The translations under genes were made by a program, and so were the position numbers. From Lysobacterales bacterium (GTDB lineage Bacteria > Pseudomonadota > Gammaproteobacteria > Xanthomonadales > SZUA-5): 57,271 nt of DNA. How positions within the stretch are numbered: position 1 is the stretch's first letter; each line of letters starts with the position of its first letter. Of this stretch, positions 29,301 to 38,033 are shown one piece after another. Under the pieces are notes generated by a model. It was not told the origin of the DNA, did not search any database, and worked only from the letters and a program-made list of their open reading frames with translations. The stretch is taken from assembly GCA_022844165.1 (NCBI GenBank), contig JALHMH010000030.1, positions 1 through 57,271 of the forward strand, given 5' to 3'.

Positions 29301-32300
29301 CATTCATTGGCCGCGGCGGCATCTACTTCGCGCTGCTCGACGGCACGACGTCGACGCGCGTGCCCAAGATCACCAACGGCGAGTTCTCGCCGGTGATCGA
29401 ACTTGGCATCGGTCTTGCGGTCGGCGTGGGCACCGATCAGGTGATCGGTCCGCTGTCGATAGGCGCGTACATCCAGGTCGAGGCGGTGTTCCTCGGCGTG
29501 CTGGGGTGGTTCAACCCCAGAAACCACGATCAGTCCAAGGCGATTTACTTCTGGTGCCAGGCCACCGCCGCGATCGTCGGCAAGGTGTACGGCACGGTCG
29601 ATTTCAAAATCATCTCCGTGTCGATCACGCTGATGGTGGAGGCCGAGGCGCAGGTCACCTACGAGGTGTATCGGCCGGCGGTGTTCTTGCTTGCCGTGCG
29701 CGTGCGCGCTGAAGCCAAAATCAAGATTCTCTTTATCAAAATCAGCTTCTCGTTCTCGATTGGCCTCAGTTTCTCGTTCACCGTAGGCAGCGTGCAGCAA
29801 ACGCCGTGGACGATCGCCAGCGATGGCGGATCGGTCAACGCGCGCCTTGCGGGCCGGAGCTTGCCGGCGCTGGCGCGGCAACCGGCCATGCGCGCCTTCC
29901 ACCAGCAGCGGGCGCACTTGCGCGCACTGCATGCGCGGCGTCGCCTGGCGATGCTGACGTCGGTTGCGCAGGCGCCGTATCTGCTGGAGTTCGATCCCGA
30001 TCGCGTGGTGCTGCCGGGCGGCAAATCGACACTGTCGTTGCATGCGCTGCCGGCTTTCAGCATCGATGCGATGCCCTACTCGTGGTCTGGCAGCGCGCCG
30101 ACCAATGGCAACCCGCAGTATCGCTGCGCCATGGTGTTGACCGCCGACGACGGCGTGCCCGTGGACGCAACAACGCCCACGCAGCGTCGCCAGCGCAGCG
30201 CGGCGCTCTCGTTGCAAGCGCAGAACGACAACGACCTGCCCGCCGACCGCTTGTGCCAGGCGCTGTTGCGCTGGGCGATCTCTGCTGTCGTATCGCCAGC
30301 CTCGCCGGATCCAACGCTGATCACCAACGGACAATTGCAGTTGCTGGCCACACAATTGCAATGGCCGGAAGCCGCCGATCAGAGTTTTTCGCTGGACAAC
30401 CTCAAGCGCTTCTTTGCCCACAACCTGAGCTTCGAAATCGCGGGCGATCCGGGCGCCACGCAGGTCAAGGGCGGCATGCTGGTGCCGATGCCGCCACTGC
30501 TGACGCTGGGGTTCGGCCCCACCGGCCAGACGCCGTCGTCCAACAATTTCGCACAAGTCAACAAGGTCGGCTCGCTCTACGAATGGGGCGTGAAGCAGTA
30601 CGTGGCGACCTTCGTGACACGAGCACCTGCCGCAGGCGACAAGCCACACGACGATCCGACGAAATACGAGTCGTTGGCCAGTTTCGTTTTCCGCGATTAC
30701 ATGCTGATGTTGACGCGCACGCTGGTGGAAGCCGCGCAATCGCAGCTCGACAAGGCCAGCATCACACTGACGGCGCCCGCCAGCCTGAGCCAGATCGCCG
30801 CGATGTTTCCGACCACGACGCTCGACTACATCGTGCAACCGGGCGACACCGTTGCCAACGCCGCCGCTACGCTCGGCCTGGGTGTGGTCGAGTTGGAGGC
30901 GCTGAATCCTGGATTCGCCGCAGCCCTGGCTGCGGCAACGCCGGGCGATCCGATTGCCGTCGTACTCGGCGTCGCACCCGCGCTGGTTGCCGTGGATAAC
31001 CCGAGCGCCACGCTGACGCCCGGCGTGTACCCACTGGGATCGGTGCCGGCATCGATTCGATCTGGCGACACCTTGAGCGCCATCGCGACGCGCTTTGGTG
31101 TTGCTGCTGGCGCGTTGGGATTGCTCGACGTCGACAGCGGCGCGGCCGCGATTCTGCAATCCGGCGCCACGCTCGCCACGCCGGTGTTCAAGTACATTCC
31201 GACAACCGCGATGACTACAGTGCAGGTCGCCGCGCGATTCTTCGCGCGCCTGGCGCTGCCAGCGATTCCGGAGCAGCCCTGGTTCTCGGAGACCATCGCC
31301 AACTGGAATGCCGCCACGCTGCAAGGCGTGAACAGCAACGGCGAGTTGCCCGCCGGCACGTCGCTCATCGTGCCGGTCGCATTCAACGACAGCAACAGCT
31401 TGAACGGCACCGCGTACACGAGCGTTCCGGGCGATACGTTGATGCGCATCGGCAATCAATTGGCCCTGGCGCTGTGTTACGCAACCGGCACGTCGTTGCC
31501 GGATTGGGCCACGTTCCGCGATGCCGTGATCAGCAGCGGCGGCAGCTTCGCGTTGCCAGCGAGCCAGCTCAAACTGCAAGACGGCGAGACGCTCGCAGAA
31601 CTGGCACGCCGCGTGTTGCTCACCGACGCCAGCGGCACCCCGAACTGGCCGGAACTCGCGCCCTGGATTGCCAACGCGAAAATCCTGCAGCCGCTGGCGG
31701 TTCTGACCGTCGCCGCGGCGCGCGTCGACACCCACACATACACGACGTTCTCGGCCATGGCCGATGCCTTCGACTTGCCGCTGCTCGCCATCGGCACGGC
31801 GCTGGCCTCGGCACCGGATTTGATCGCCGCAAGCGCCAACACACCGCAAAGCGTGACCATCGCGCACCTGCCGGTGCAGGTAATCGATACCCTGGTCGAC
31901 AGCAGTATTGCCGAGCACTTACCCGATATCGTCGGGCGCGCCTCGCGACAGTTGCTGGCCGGTATGCGCATTCCGAGTCCGCAGTACGATGGCAACGGGA
32001 CGGCCTCGGCCAGCGGTCCGCTCGGCAGCCTGTTGACGCTGACCGGACAGCAGTTCCCGTCGGTGGCGCCTTCGAGTCAACCCGATGCACCCGGGCTGGA
32101 GATGAAGCTCACGGTGAATGCGGATGCGCAGTTCATCACGCTGGTGTCGTCCGGCACCACCGCGCCTGGGCACGCGGCGAATGCGACGCGCAACCCGGGA
32201 CTGCTGTCGGAGCGTGCATTGGGACTGGTCTACTTCGGCGATCCGGTGCCGGAATTGGATTTCTTGTACAGCGCCAGCGACCTTGCATCCCGTTACCCGG

Positions 32301-35300
32301 CCGCCAGTTTTGCGCTGGCGCCGATTGTTCAGCCGGAAGCTTTGCCACTGGCCAGCTTCTCGCCGGTGCGCTATGGACTCGATCACGAGATCCCGCTGCA
32401 AACGCCGATACAACTGGCCATTCCCGGCAGCGCCAACGCGCCCAACAGCGCGCCGAGCGCATGGCGCTTCCCCGAGTCCTTGCGCGCGCTGGCACTCGCG
32501 CGCAGCACCGAGCTTTTCGAGATCGAGCTTTCGCCGCCACGCGGCTCGGCCAGCGACGAAGCGACGATGGTCACTGCATCGACTTTCGGCGCGCTGGTCA
32601 ATTTCAAGATCCGCAGGACCGATGGACCCACCACTTACGAACTGATCGGCGCCAATGGCGATGATCGCCAAGTGCTTCTGGACATTTTCCAGTCGCTGGG
32701 CGTCGACGGCCCGGCCAACGCCTACCTGTTGCTCGCGCCCAGCGTGCAAGCAGGCGACCGCGGCGGTTTGGGCGTACTCAATCCCGCCACCGCGTTCCTG
32801 CTGCGGACGAACTTGTCGGTGGCATCGGTGCCGGAAACAGTCGATAGCGCCGGTCTTCGCGCGGAAGCCGCCGATCCTATCGTCGATGGCGCCACGCTGG
32901 CGCAAGCGGTGCGCTTTGCGCTGCTGCTATGGGAAGGCAGCACCGTCGGCGGCACCGGGTACTTCCTGCAGTTGATCGGCGCCGACGGCCAGGGACTGCC
33001 GGGCAGTGCTTTCGACCAGGACGGTACAACGCAGTTGTCGCTGCTGGTCATCGCCGCGTCGCAGCAACAGCCGGCGCCGGGCGGGCGCGGCTTGCTGCCG
33101 TTCAACAACTGTGCGCTGATCGCGAGCGCCATCGATGCCTCGGCCAGTCAACTCAGCGTGGTCGACAGCAACGATGCGCTCGGCCGCCACATCGCCAACG
33201 TGGCGCCCGGCCACATCGGCTATCGATTCACGCTGCCCAACGCCAGCGCGAGCGCCAACGATAGCGCCGGAGATCCGCCCAACGTCCTCGAACTTTTCAA
33301 CCTGAGTGCCTGGCGCCTCAACGGCACCACGTTCTCCACCAGTGAAGCAGCACCGCCGTTGCAGCCGCTGGAAAAACCCGTCAGCACATGGCGCACTGCG
33401 CGGCTACATTCGCGGCTGCGCGCTCTGGGCCAAAAGCCGGTGCTCGAAGAAGCGCCTGCCGGCCCGTGGTACTACGAACAGGTGCTGCCGATTTTCCGCT
33501 TCGCGCCCGCCTCGAAGGCCGCCGGCGGCCCCGGCCTGCCGCCGCCGGAGAATGATCCTTACCGCGGCATCGGCGGCGCCACCGCGCTGCCCAGCGCATC
33601 CTTCGCAATGAGCTTTGCCGATGTACAGGGCAACGCCACGCAAGAGAACACGCCTCCCGGTCTGGCCCAGGTAGCCGTCGGCTATACCGATGCGTTGCGC
33701 CCGCCGCTCAGTTGGCCGGCCACGCGCATCGGCTACTCGGTGGTTGGTACCACCAGCGCACCTGGAATCGACATCGACGTTCGCGCGCAAGCGGCCGCCG
33801 TGCAAGCCAGCCTGACGCAACCCGAATCGCAAACACTGGCAACTGCCAATACGCAGGTCGGCGACCTCGATGCGGTGCACTACCAGCTGGCCCAGCCGGC
33901 GCTCGAGGTTTATGCGCTTACCTCGCTCGCACCCTCCGTGCCCGACGGCATCGCGCTTGATGGCGCGGGGCTACAGTTCTGGCAGTACATCGCCGGGCTG
34001 CGCATGTACTCGGCCGCCGCCGCGGCGCTGCGCGCGGTGCGACCCGCCGCGCTCGCACCCATCACGCTCGTCGAGATCGCGAACCAGTACGGCGTCAGCC
34101 TCGGCGCCATGGCGACGGTCAATGGCGGACTCAACGCTTTCGCGCTGCTCGGCTCGGCACCGGTGCCAATGCCCGCGTACGTGGGTTGGGCGCAGGGCGA
34201 CAGCATCGTCACCTTGCTCTTGCGCGCACCCAAAGGCGTGAACCTGTTGAGCGCCGTCGACGCCCTCAGCGATCCGCGCAATGCCGCCACGCTGCCGCTG
34301 GCGCCCGGCGTGCTCCTCGCCATCGACCCACGCAGTGCAACTGTGCCGGTCATCGTGCCGACGGCAACGCTGTCAGATATCGCGAACATCAGTCGTACGA
34401 CCGTCCAGCAACTGCTCATCGACAATGGCGATAACGCGACATTGTTCGCCGACGGCGCGCAGATCGAGCTGACCGACGCCACGATTACCATCGGCGAAGT
34501 CGTCCAGATTCGCGGCGTCGACGTCAAGGTACAAACGCCGAACCAGGTGGTCGCCGCCTTTGCCACCTTGGGCGAACACTTGAGCGTAGCCGAGCTGGCG
34601 CAAGCGATTGCCGATCAGCACGATTTGCTGGTGGCCGGCGCCACCTATAGCAACGCACATTACGAGGTGCCATCGCCAAGCGCCGACGATCCCTTCGAGA
34701 CCCTGGCCAACAACGGCTCCGGCGAAACGCTGGCGCGTCTGGCCGCGTTGAACACCGGCACGGCGTTGTTCGACGCCGGCGCCATGGTCTATGTGGGTGC
34801 TTATTCGACCGCGCCGATCCTGAGCCCCGACAACGAAGCCACGCTCGATCAGTTCGCCGCGCAGTACGGCATCAGTTCGGCCCTGTTGCTGGCCGAACTG
34901 GCGCGCGCGGCGCGACCGCTACCGGCGCAGTCGATATTCGAAGTGCCCGGCTTGATGCGCCCCGTCGATGCCAACGCGCTACGCGTGCCGGCGCATGTCG
35001 ATTCCTCGCAAACGCTGACCGAAAACCTGCGGCGCTTCGCCGCCAGCAGCGCCGCGCAATTCGTCGCCGACAATCTGACGATGCCGGGCCAGTTGATCGC
35101 CGGCCAGACGATCAAAGTCGAGTTCCAGGGCACGCCGTACCAAACCCAAACGCAGGCCGACGACCGTCTGCTCGATGTATTGCAGCGCCTGCAGCAACAG
35201 CAGTCGCAGATTGGCAGCGCCGACCTCGGCAACGCCATTGCCGATCAGTCCGGCCTGCTGCAGCCGGCGTTGGCGCAGTGGCTGCCCGCCCTGATCGCCG

Positions 35301-37984
35301 AGCAAAGTAGCTCGCTGTCCGGCAGCGCCGCACGTTATGGCTTGAGCGCCATCGAGTTCGCCAGCGCCAATCTCGGTGTCGATGCATTGATCGTGAGCAA
35401 CGTGCCGATCGCGTTGCCCAGCGCCAGCACCATCACCGTTGCCGCCGACAGCTTGAACGCCATCCTCGGTCGCTTGAATGTGCAGGACGCTGATCTGAGC
35501 CTGGAGACGCTCGTCGAGGCCATCGCCGATCTGCCGCTGCTGCGCGCCCAGGCGCTCGCCCTGTTGCCGCCACAGAGCTTGACCTTGACCGTGCCCTTGC
35601 CGGCCGCGTTCCAGGCGCCAGCACCCTTCTTTGCGCTGAGCGTTGCCCTGCGCATGCAACGTCCTGCGGCACTGATCGATCCCAACTTCGAGGCCACCGG
35701 CCCAGTCGCTCAGGTCAGCAGTGCGCTCAGCCCAATCAACACCGGCCAGCAAATTTTCGCCGGCGATCAGGGCGTGCTCGCGCTCTCGGCCGATATCCGC
35801 GCGCGTTTCCCGAACCTGCGCCTCGCCACCGGCAGCGTATCCGGCGAGAGCGGCCAGTTGTGGCTCGTGGATTTCGATCGTAATGGCATCCAATCGGTGT
35901 CCATCGCACCCGACGCACCGGGTCTGCACGGCGAGAAATGGCCGCGTTTCTTCGCACTACGGCCGCTCTACGGGAGTTTGATCAGCCGCCCAGGCATCGT
36001 GCTGCAAATCGTGCAGACCGACGGCACGCTGCAGCCTGCGCCGCAGCCCAGCGATTTTGTCGGCGTCGATGTGGAACTGTGGGCGTTGCAGTACCTGGCC
36101 GATCTCGATCGCGTGCTGAGCCCGCCGTTCTCCACCGCGCTCTATGGCAATGCCAGCGCGCAGCCTGCCATCACCCAAATGCTGGCCGCCAAACGCAAGC
36201 TCGCCCAGGGCCTGTTCGACGACAAAGGTCACGTCATCGCCGGCAGCGGCATCGCTGGCGCCTTGTGGCCGGTGCTCGCACTGCAGCAGGCGGTCGGCTC
36301 CGATGCGCTGGCAACCGCGCGCCAGAGCATCAGCGATGCACTCGGCATCTCGTTGGTCAGCGGCTACAGCACTGGCGCTTTGCTGCAATACGCCAGCAAC
36401 GTGCGCTCGGTGTGGCAAGCGCCATCGCCGCCGGCCCCGGCGCGCCTGTATGGCGCTGCCACCACGCCAAACGATCCGGGTAAACCGCCGTACAGTCTGA
36501 CCGCCGCCAAGACCGATCTCGCCACCGCGAACGGCCAGGTGAACTTCCTGCTCACCGTGTCCGATCCGCGCCAGCAGCGCAACATCGATCTCAATCTCGG
36601 TTACGACATCACTCACCTCGAATGCAATATTCGTCCAGTCGATGTCGACCCCAACACAAGCTACGATGCGTCCAACTGGCTGAACTTCGCGCCACCGCTG
36701 AGCGGCGCGGTGCTGCCCTCGGCCATCACCTTAGCGCTGGGTCAAACGTTGGCACCGCTGCCGCTGCGCACCTATCCGGCACTGCCATCGGTACGCTCAC
36801 AAAACGCGCAGCAAAGCGTGCAAGACGACGGCTCGCCGCCGGTGCTCGGCGATTTGGCGTTGTGGGACTACCAGATGTCCTACAGCCACGAACACGCAGC
36901 GCAGGACGAAGTCATCATCGGGATTCGATTCAATCAGCCGATCGTTCGCAGAAATGGCCGGTTTGCCGCTGCGCCAGATCTTGCGGCAGCGCTCGCCGTG
37001 TACGTGAGTGCCGCGCCGGCGTTGTTCTCGTTGATGTTGCCGCTGGGCGATGCCAAAGCCACGCCCGCAGCCCTGACAATCGCCGGCACCGCCGCCGGCA
37101 GTCTGGCGACGCTGTCGACGTCGGTCGCCGATGCCTGGTCGCAGCACTTTATGGGCAACGGCAACACGGCCAACGCGGCCGACACCGTCGACTCGATCTG
37201 GCTCAGCGCAAGCCTGAGTTACCAGAACGGCGACATCGCCGCCGTCACGTTGACCCGAATCGCCGACCCCGACGTACCAGACGGCGCGCCCGGCCCGGCC
37301 GGCCCGAATGGCGCGTGGCCGGATCTTGTGCTCACCGATCCGAATGGCAATGCCATCCCGCTCGGCAATGGCACGGGCGATGAGCTCACGCGAACCTATG
37401 TACTTCCCGACCCGCTGCCCGCACAGCCGTGGATCGAACTCAGCGTGACCTACACTAAGCTCAACATCGCCGCATACCAGAACGCCCGCGCGCAGTTGAG
37501 CGTCGTACGCAATCGCGAGCTGATTCCCGGTGCGCTGACGATGACCAGTTTCGTCTTCGCCTCCGCGCCAGTGCAAGCACCCGCCGCTGCGACACCGCTC
37601 AATCAGTGGTCGAGCACCGTCGACATCAGCGACGCCGGCGCCAGCCCCACCGCAGCCCTCGGCGCCGCACTGCAAACGATCTTCGTCGGCACACAACTGC
37701 CAGTGACGATCACCGTGTCGTATGGCTATGAGCTAACCCCGCCAAGCGGCGGCGCCTCCCGCGGGCTGACCACCTACCTGCCCGTATACCTCGTCCCCAA
37801 CCAGGTCTGGACCGAACAACTCGCCGCCGAACTCGCCAAACAAATGGACCAATGGCACAAAGACAACCTGCCCAATCCCAAAGGCGGCGAATGGAGCTTC
37901 GGCATCACCGCCCACTCCACCCTCGACCCCTCGGGAACGCTCGCGGTGCTGGATGTTGAGCGGATGCGGTATGGGTTGGGGTGA
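26315..37984 (+). CDS. Operon gene D: giant 3889-aa protein with N-terminal amphipathic beta-sheet region and two LysM-like arrays
   Basis: Uninterrupted 11.67-kb ORF, RBS GAAGGA; aa ~1-1165 beta-strand rich; LysM-like units such as YIVQPGDTVANAAATLGLGVVELEALNP and IRSGDTLSAIATRFGV; no signal peptide. Confidence 0.9.
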   Translation: MSLSDIYAAISNAIVDQRIDLANLAEQPRQPDLFAGLRTVLGLFQLSSRFPLTDVVLDPLTDRIHLRGSGSFAPIGVANAIEASLTITMPGSDPLFALELRFASAETSLASLVSTFPPFSVFDADRGTVAQQASFLFGVSVGSMLLSGANDGVEALSLSGTLADSEATIQRFSYLLNGWPLAVRGSLVLPASASDIAQLDLRAVDPSKEIRFFSNVLTRVGFQLWSGPDPDAIGKVLGASSLNLIGDLKFDDTSEPATMWLPLAASDQLWRFIVEFPDGTVKIGKSVGALAGLLGLAPSDLSLPEGFEALDPFFLKEFELGLSAFDAPIPDRGAPVLDWQWKQDLAAPSLQSLGVTIGSTIRWPAPIPQVVITDVGMRWVVGSNDSAWFMSGALYGTIVIGDAEKLPNSVLLFSSDARAPIAVDAFALEVTAYVPNFIITAELKQNYALPIGKAFQHFFNADPNIDAELSLTTMSAMADFKSRTFNAEAEVQGNWPSIKINNVTLAMTDLRFTVDVSQSSFDATIDGEIELTTKTSPGPAIIHLGTEYSHASDGNNWSFNGSLAPYNALSVNDLVSNLLGVDPPAGIPQLVIDAMGFRYSTGTGAYSAYGTVSLTWRPTVLGDITIATSASATVNRDSKTAPITGSVSGDFSVNQLNLSLSADIGVANPTYTFKIQFGDPYIELISGWTQTTPKQRLLTAHLGGMTVGGVLEYLVNLAAPTIGYKLDPPWDVLNRIDLSNFELAANLDTSTLTLGYKTSIDLGVIKISNLGVSYTRGQGMSGVNLVLEGNFFGQDYTGPKALAWDVIKDPPPAVPGGGNGTLDIYYLGLGQRVRLTDLKPNSVRQLLDAMEKAMQPVSQDPNAKPAPPPINNGIEFNANSQWLIGLDITVGGVARLGLIFNDPVIYGLSVSLGGPKSGSMSGLNFELLYKKISDNVGMFRIDLTLPVALRTINLGQVSITLGVIVVEIFTNGNFSVDLGFPWKRDFSRSFTLQYLPFIGRGGIYFALLDGTTSTRVPKITNGEFSPVIELGIGLAVGVGTDQVIGPLSIGAYIQVEAVFLGVLGWFNPRNHDQSKAIYFWCQATAAIVGKVYGTVDFKIISVSITLMVEAEAQVTYEVYRPAVFLLAVRVRAEAKIKILFIKISFSFSIGLSFSFTVGSVQQTPWTIASDGGSVNARLAGRSLPALARQPAMRAFHQQRAHLRALHARRRLAMLTSVAQAPYLLEFDPDRVVLPGGKSTLSLHALPAFSIDAMPYSWSGSAPTNGNPQYRCAMVLTADDGVPVDATTPTQRRQRSAALSLQAQNDNDLPADRLCQALLRWAISAVVSPASPDPTLITNGQLQLLATQLQWPEAADQSFSLDNLKRFFAHNLSFEIAGDPGATQVKGGMLVPMPPLLTLGFGPTGQTPSSNNFAQVNKVGSLYEWGVKQYVATFVTRAPAAGDKPHDDPTKYESLASFVFRDYMLMLTRTLVEAAQSQLDKASITLTAPASLSQIAAMFPTTTLDYIVQPGDTVANAAATLGLGVVELEALNPGFAAALAAATPGDPIAVVLGVAPALVAVDNPSATLTPGVYPLGSVPASIRSGDTLSAIATRFGVAAGALGLLDVDSGAAAILQSGATLATPVFKYIPTTAMTTVQVAARFFARLALPAIPEQPWFSETIANWNAATLQGVNSNGELPAGTSLIVPVAFNDSNSLNGTAYTSVPGDTLMRIGNQLALALCYATGTSLPDWATFRDAVISSGGSFALPASQLKLQDGETLAELARRVLLTDASGTPNWPELAPWIANAKILQPLAVLTVAAARVDTHTYTTFSAMADAFDLPLLAIGTALASAPDLIAASANTPQSVTIAHLPVQVIDTLVDSSIAEHLPDIVGRASRQLLAGMRIPSPQYDGNGTASASGPLGSLLTLTGQQFPSVAPSSQPDAPGLEMKLTVNADAQFITLVSSGTTAPGHAANATRNPGLLSERALGLVYFGDPVPELDFLYSASDLASRYPAASFALAPIVQPEALPLASFSPVRYGLDHEIPLQTPIQLAIPGSANAPNSAPSAWRFPESLRALALARSTELFEIELSPPRGSASDEATMVTASTFGALVNFKIRRTDGPTTYELIGANGDDRQVLLDIFQSLGVDGPANAYLLLAPSVQAGDRGGLGVLNPATAFLLRTNLSVASVPETVDSAGLRAEAADPIVDGATLAQAVRFALLLWEGSTVGGTGYFLQLIGADGQGLPGSAFDQDGTTQLSLLVIAASQQQPAPGGRGLLPFNNCALIASAIDASASQLSVVDSNDALGRHIANVAPGHIGYRFTLPNASASANDSAGDPPNVLELFNLSAWRLNGTTFSTSEAAPPLQPLEKPVSTWRTARLHSRLRALGQKPVLEEAPAGPWYYEQVLPIFRFAPASKAAGGPGLPPPENDPYRGIGGATALPSASFAMSFADVQGNATQENTPPGLAQVAVGYTDALRPPLSWPATRIGYSVVGTTSAPGIDIDVRAQAAAVQASLTQPESQTLATANTQVGDLDAVHYQLAQPALEVYALTSLAPSVPDGIALDGAGLQFWQYIAGLRMYSAAAAALRAVRPAALAPITLVEIANQYGVSLGAMATVNGGLNAFALLGSAPVPMPAYVGWAQGDSIVTLLLRAPKGVNLLSAVDALSDPRNAATLPLAPGVLLAIDPRSATVPVIVPTATLSDIANISRTTVQQLLIDNGDNATLFADGAQIELTDATITIGEVVQIRGVDVKVQTPNQVVAAFATLGEHLSVAELAQAIADQHDLLVAGATYSNAHYEVPSPSADDPFETLANNGSGETLARLAALNTGTALFDAGAMVYVGAYSTAPILSPDNEATLDQFAAQYGISSALLLAELARAARPLPAQSIFEVPGLMRPVDANALRVPAHVDSSQTLTENLRRFAASSAAQFVADNLTMPGQLIAGQTIKVEFQGTPYQTQTQADDRLLDVLQRLQQQQSQIGSADLGNAIADQSGLLQPALAQWLPALIAEQSSSLSGSAARYGLSAIEFASANLGVDALIVSNVPIALPSASTITVAADSLNAILGRLNVQDADLSLETLVEAIADLPLLRAQALALLPPQSLTLTVPLPAAFQAPAPFFALSVALRMQRPAALIDPNFEATGPVAQVSSALSPINTGQQIFAGDQGVLALSADIRARFPNLRLATGSVSGESGQLWLVDFDRNGIQSVSIAPDAPGLHGEKWPRFFALRPLYGSLISRPGIVLQIVQTDGTLQPAPQPSDFVGVDVELWALQYLADLDRVLSPPFSTALYGNASAQPAITQMLAAKRKLAQGLFDDKGHVIAGSGIAGALWPVLALQQAVGSDALATARQSISDALGISLVSGYSTGALLQYASNVRSVWQAPSPPAPARLYGAATTPNDPGKPPYSLTAAKTDLATANGQVNFLLTVSDPRQQRNIDLNLGYDITHLECNIRPVDVDPNTSYDASNWLNFAPPLSGAVLPSAITLALGQTLAPLPLRTYPALPSVRSQNAQQSVQDDGSPPVLGDLALWDYQMSYSHEHAAQDEVIIGIRFNQPIVRRNGRFAAAPDLAAALAVYVSAAPALFSLMLPLGDAKATPAALTIAGTAAGSLATLSTSVADAWSQHFMGNGNTANAADTVDSIWLSASLSYQNGDIAAVTLTRIADPDVPDGAPGPAGPNGAWPDLVLTDPNGNAIPLGNGTGDELTRTYVLPDPLPAQPWIELSVTYTKLNIAAYQNARAQLSVVRNRELIPGALTMTSFVFASAPVQAPAAATPLNQWSSTVDISDAGASPTAALGAALQTIFVGTQLPVTITVSYGYELTPPSGGASRGLTTYLPVYLVPNQVWTEQLAAELAKQMDQWHKDNLPNPKGGEWSFGITAHSTLDPSGTLAVLDVERMRYGLG
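30760..31900 (+). repeat. First array of degenerate LysM-like protein repeats in gene D
   Basis: SLSQIAAMF, YIVQPGDTV, IRSGDTLSAIA, YTSVPGDTLMRIG, LQDGETLAELAR, TFSAMADAF; not conserved at DNA level. Confidence 0.7.
34060..35570 (+). repeat. Second array of degenerate LysM-like protein repeats in gene D
   Basis: TLVEIANQYGVS...N, WAQGDSIVTL, TLSDIANISRTTVQQL..DN, TLDQFAAQYGIS, QADDRLLDVLQRL, SLSGSAARYGLS...AN, VAADSLNAILGRL. Confidence 0.65.
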
Positions 37985-38033
37985 GCGGTCACGTTGACGA
38001 CTTTGAGCCATAGACACCAAACACGGCTAGCGC

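Noticed and set aside
29246-31918. 890-aa antisense ORF and other long shadow ORFs (e.g. 5452-6849, 10213-11523, 18194-19393, 29806-30999)
   Set aside because: They overlap well-supported genes, have no recognisable motifs, and are expected from strong GC3 bias.
18354-37984. Contractile injection system, T6SS, Tc/Rhs toxin, RTX adhesin or NRPS/PKS as the identity of the giant genes
   Set aside because: No sheath, tube, VgrG, PAAR or baseplate motifs; no YD/RHS core, GGxGxD repeats or autotransporter signal; no A/C/KS/PCP motifs.
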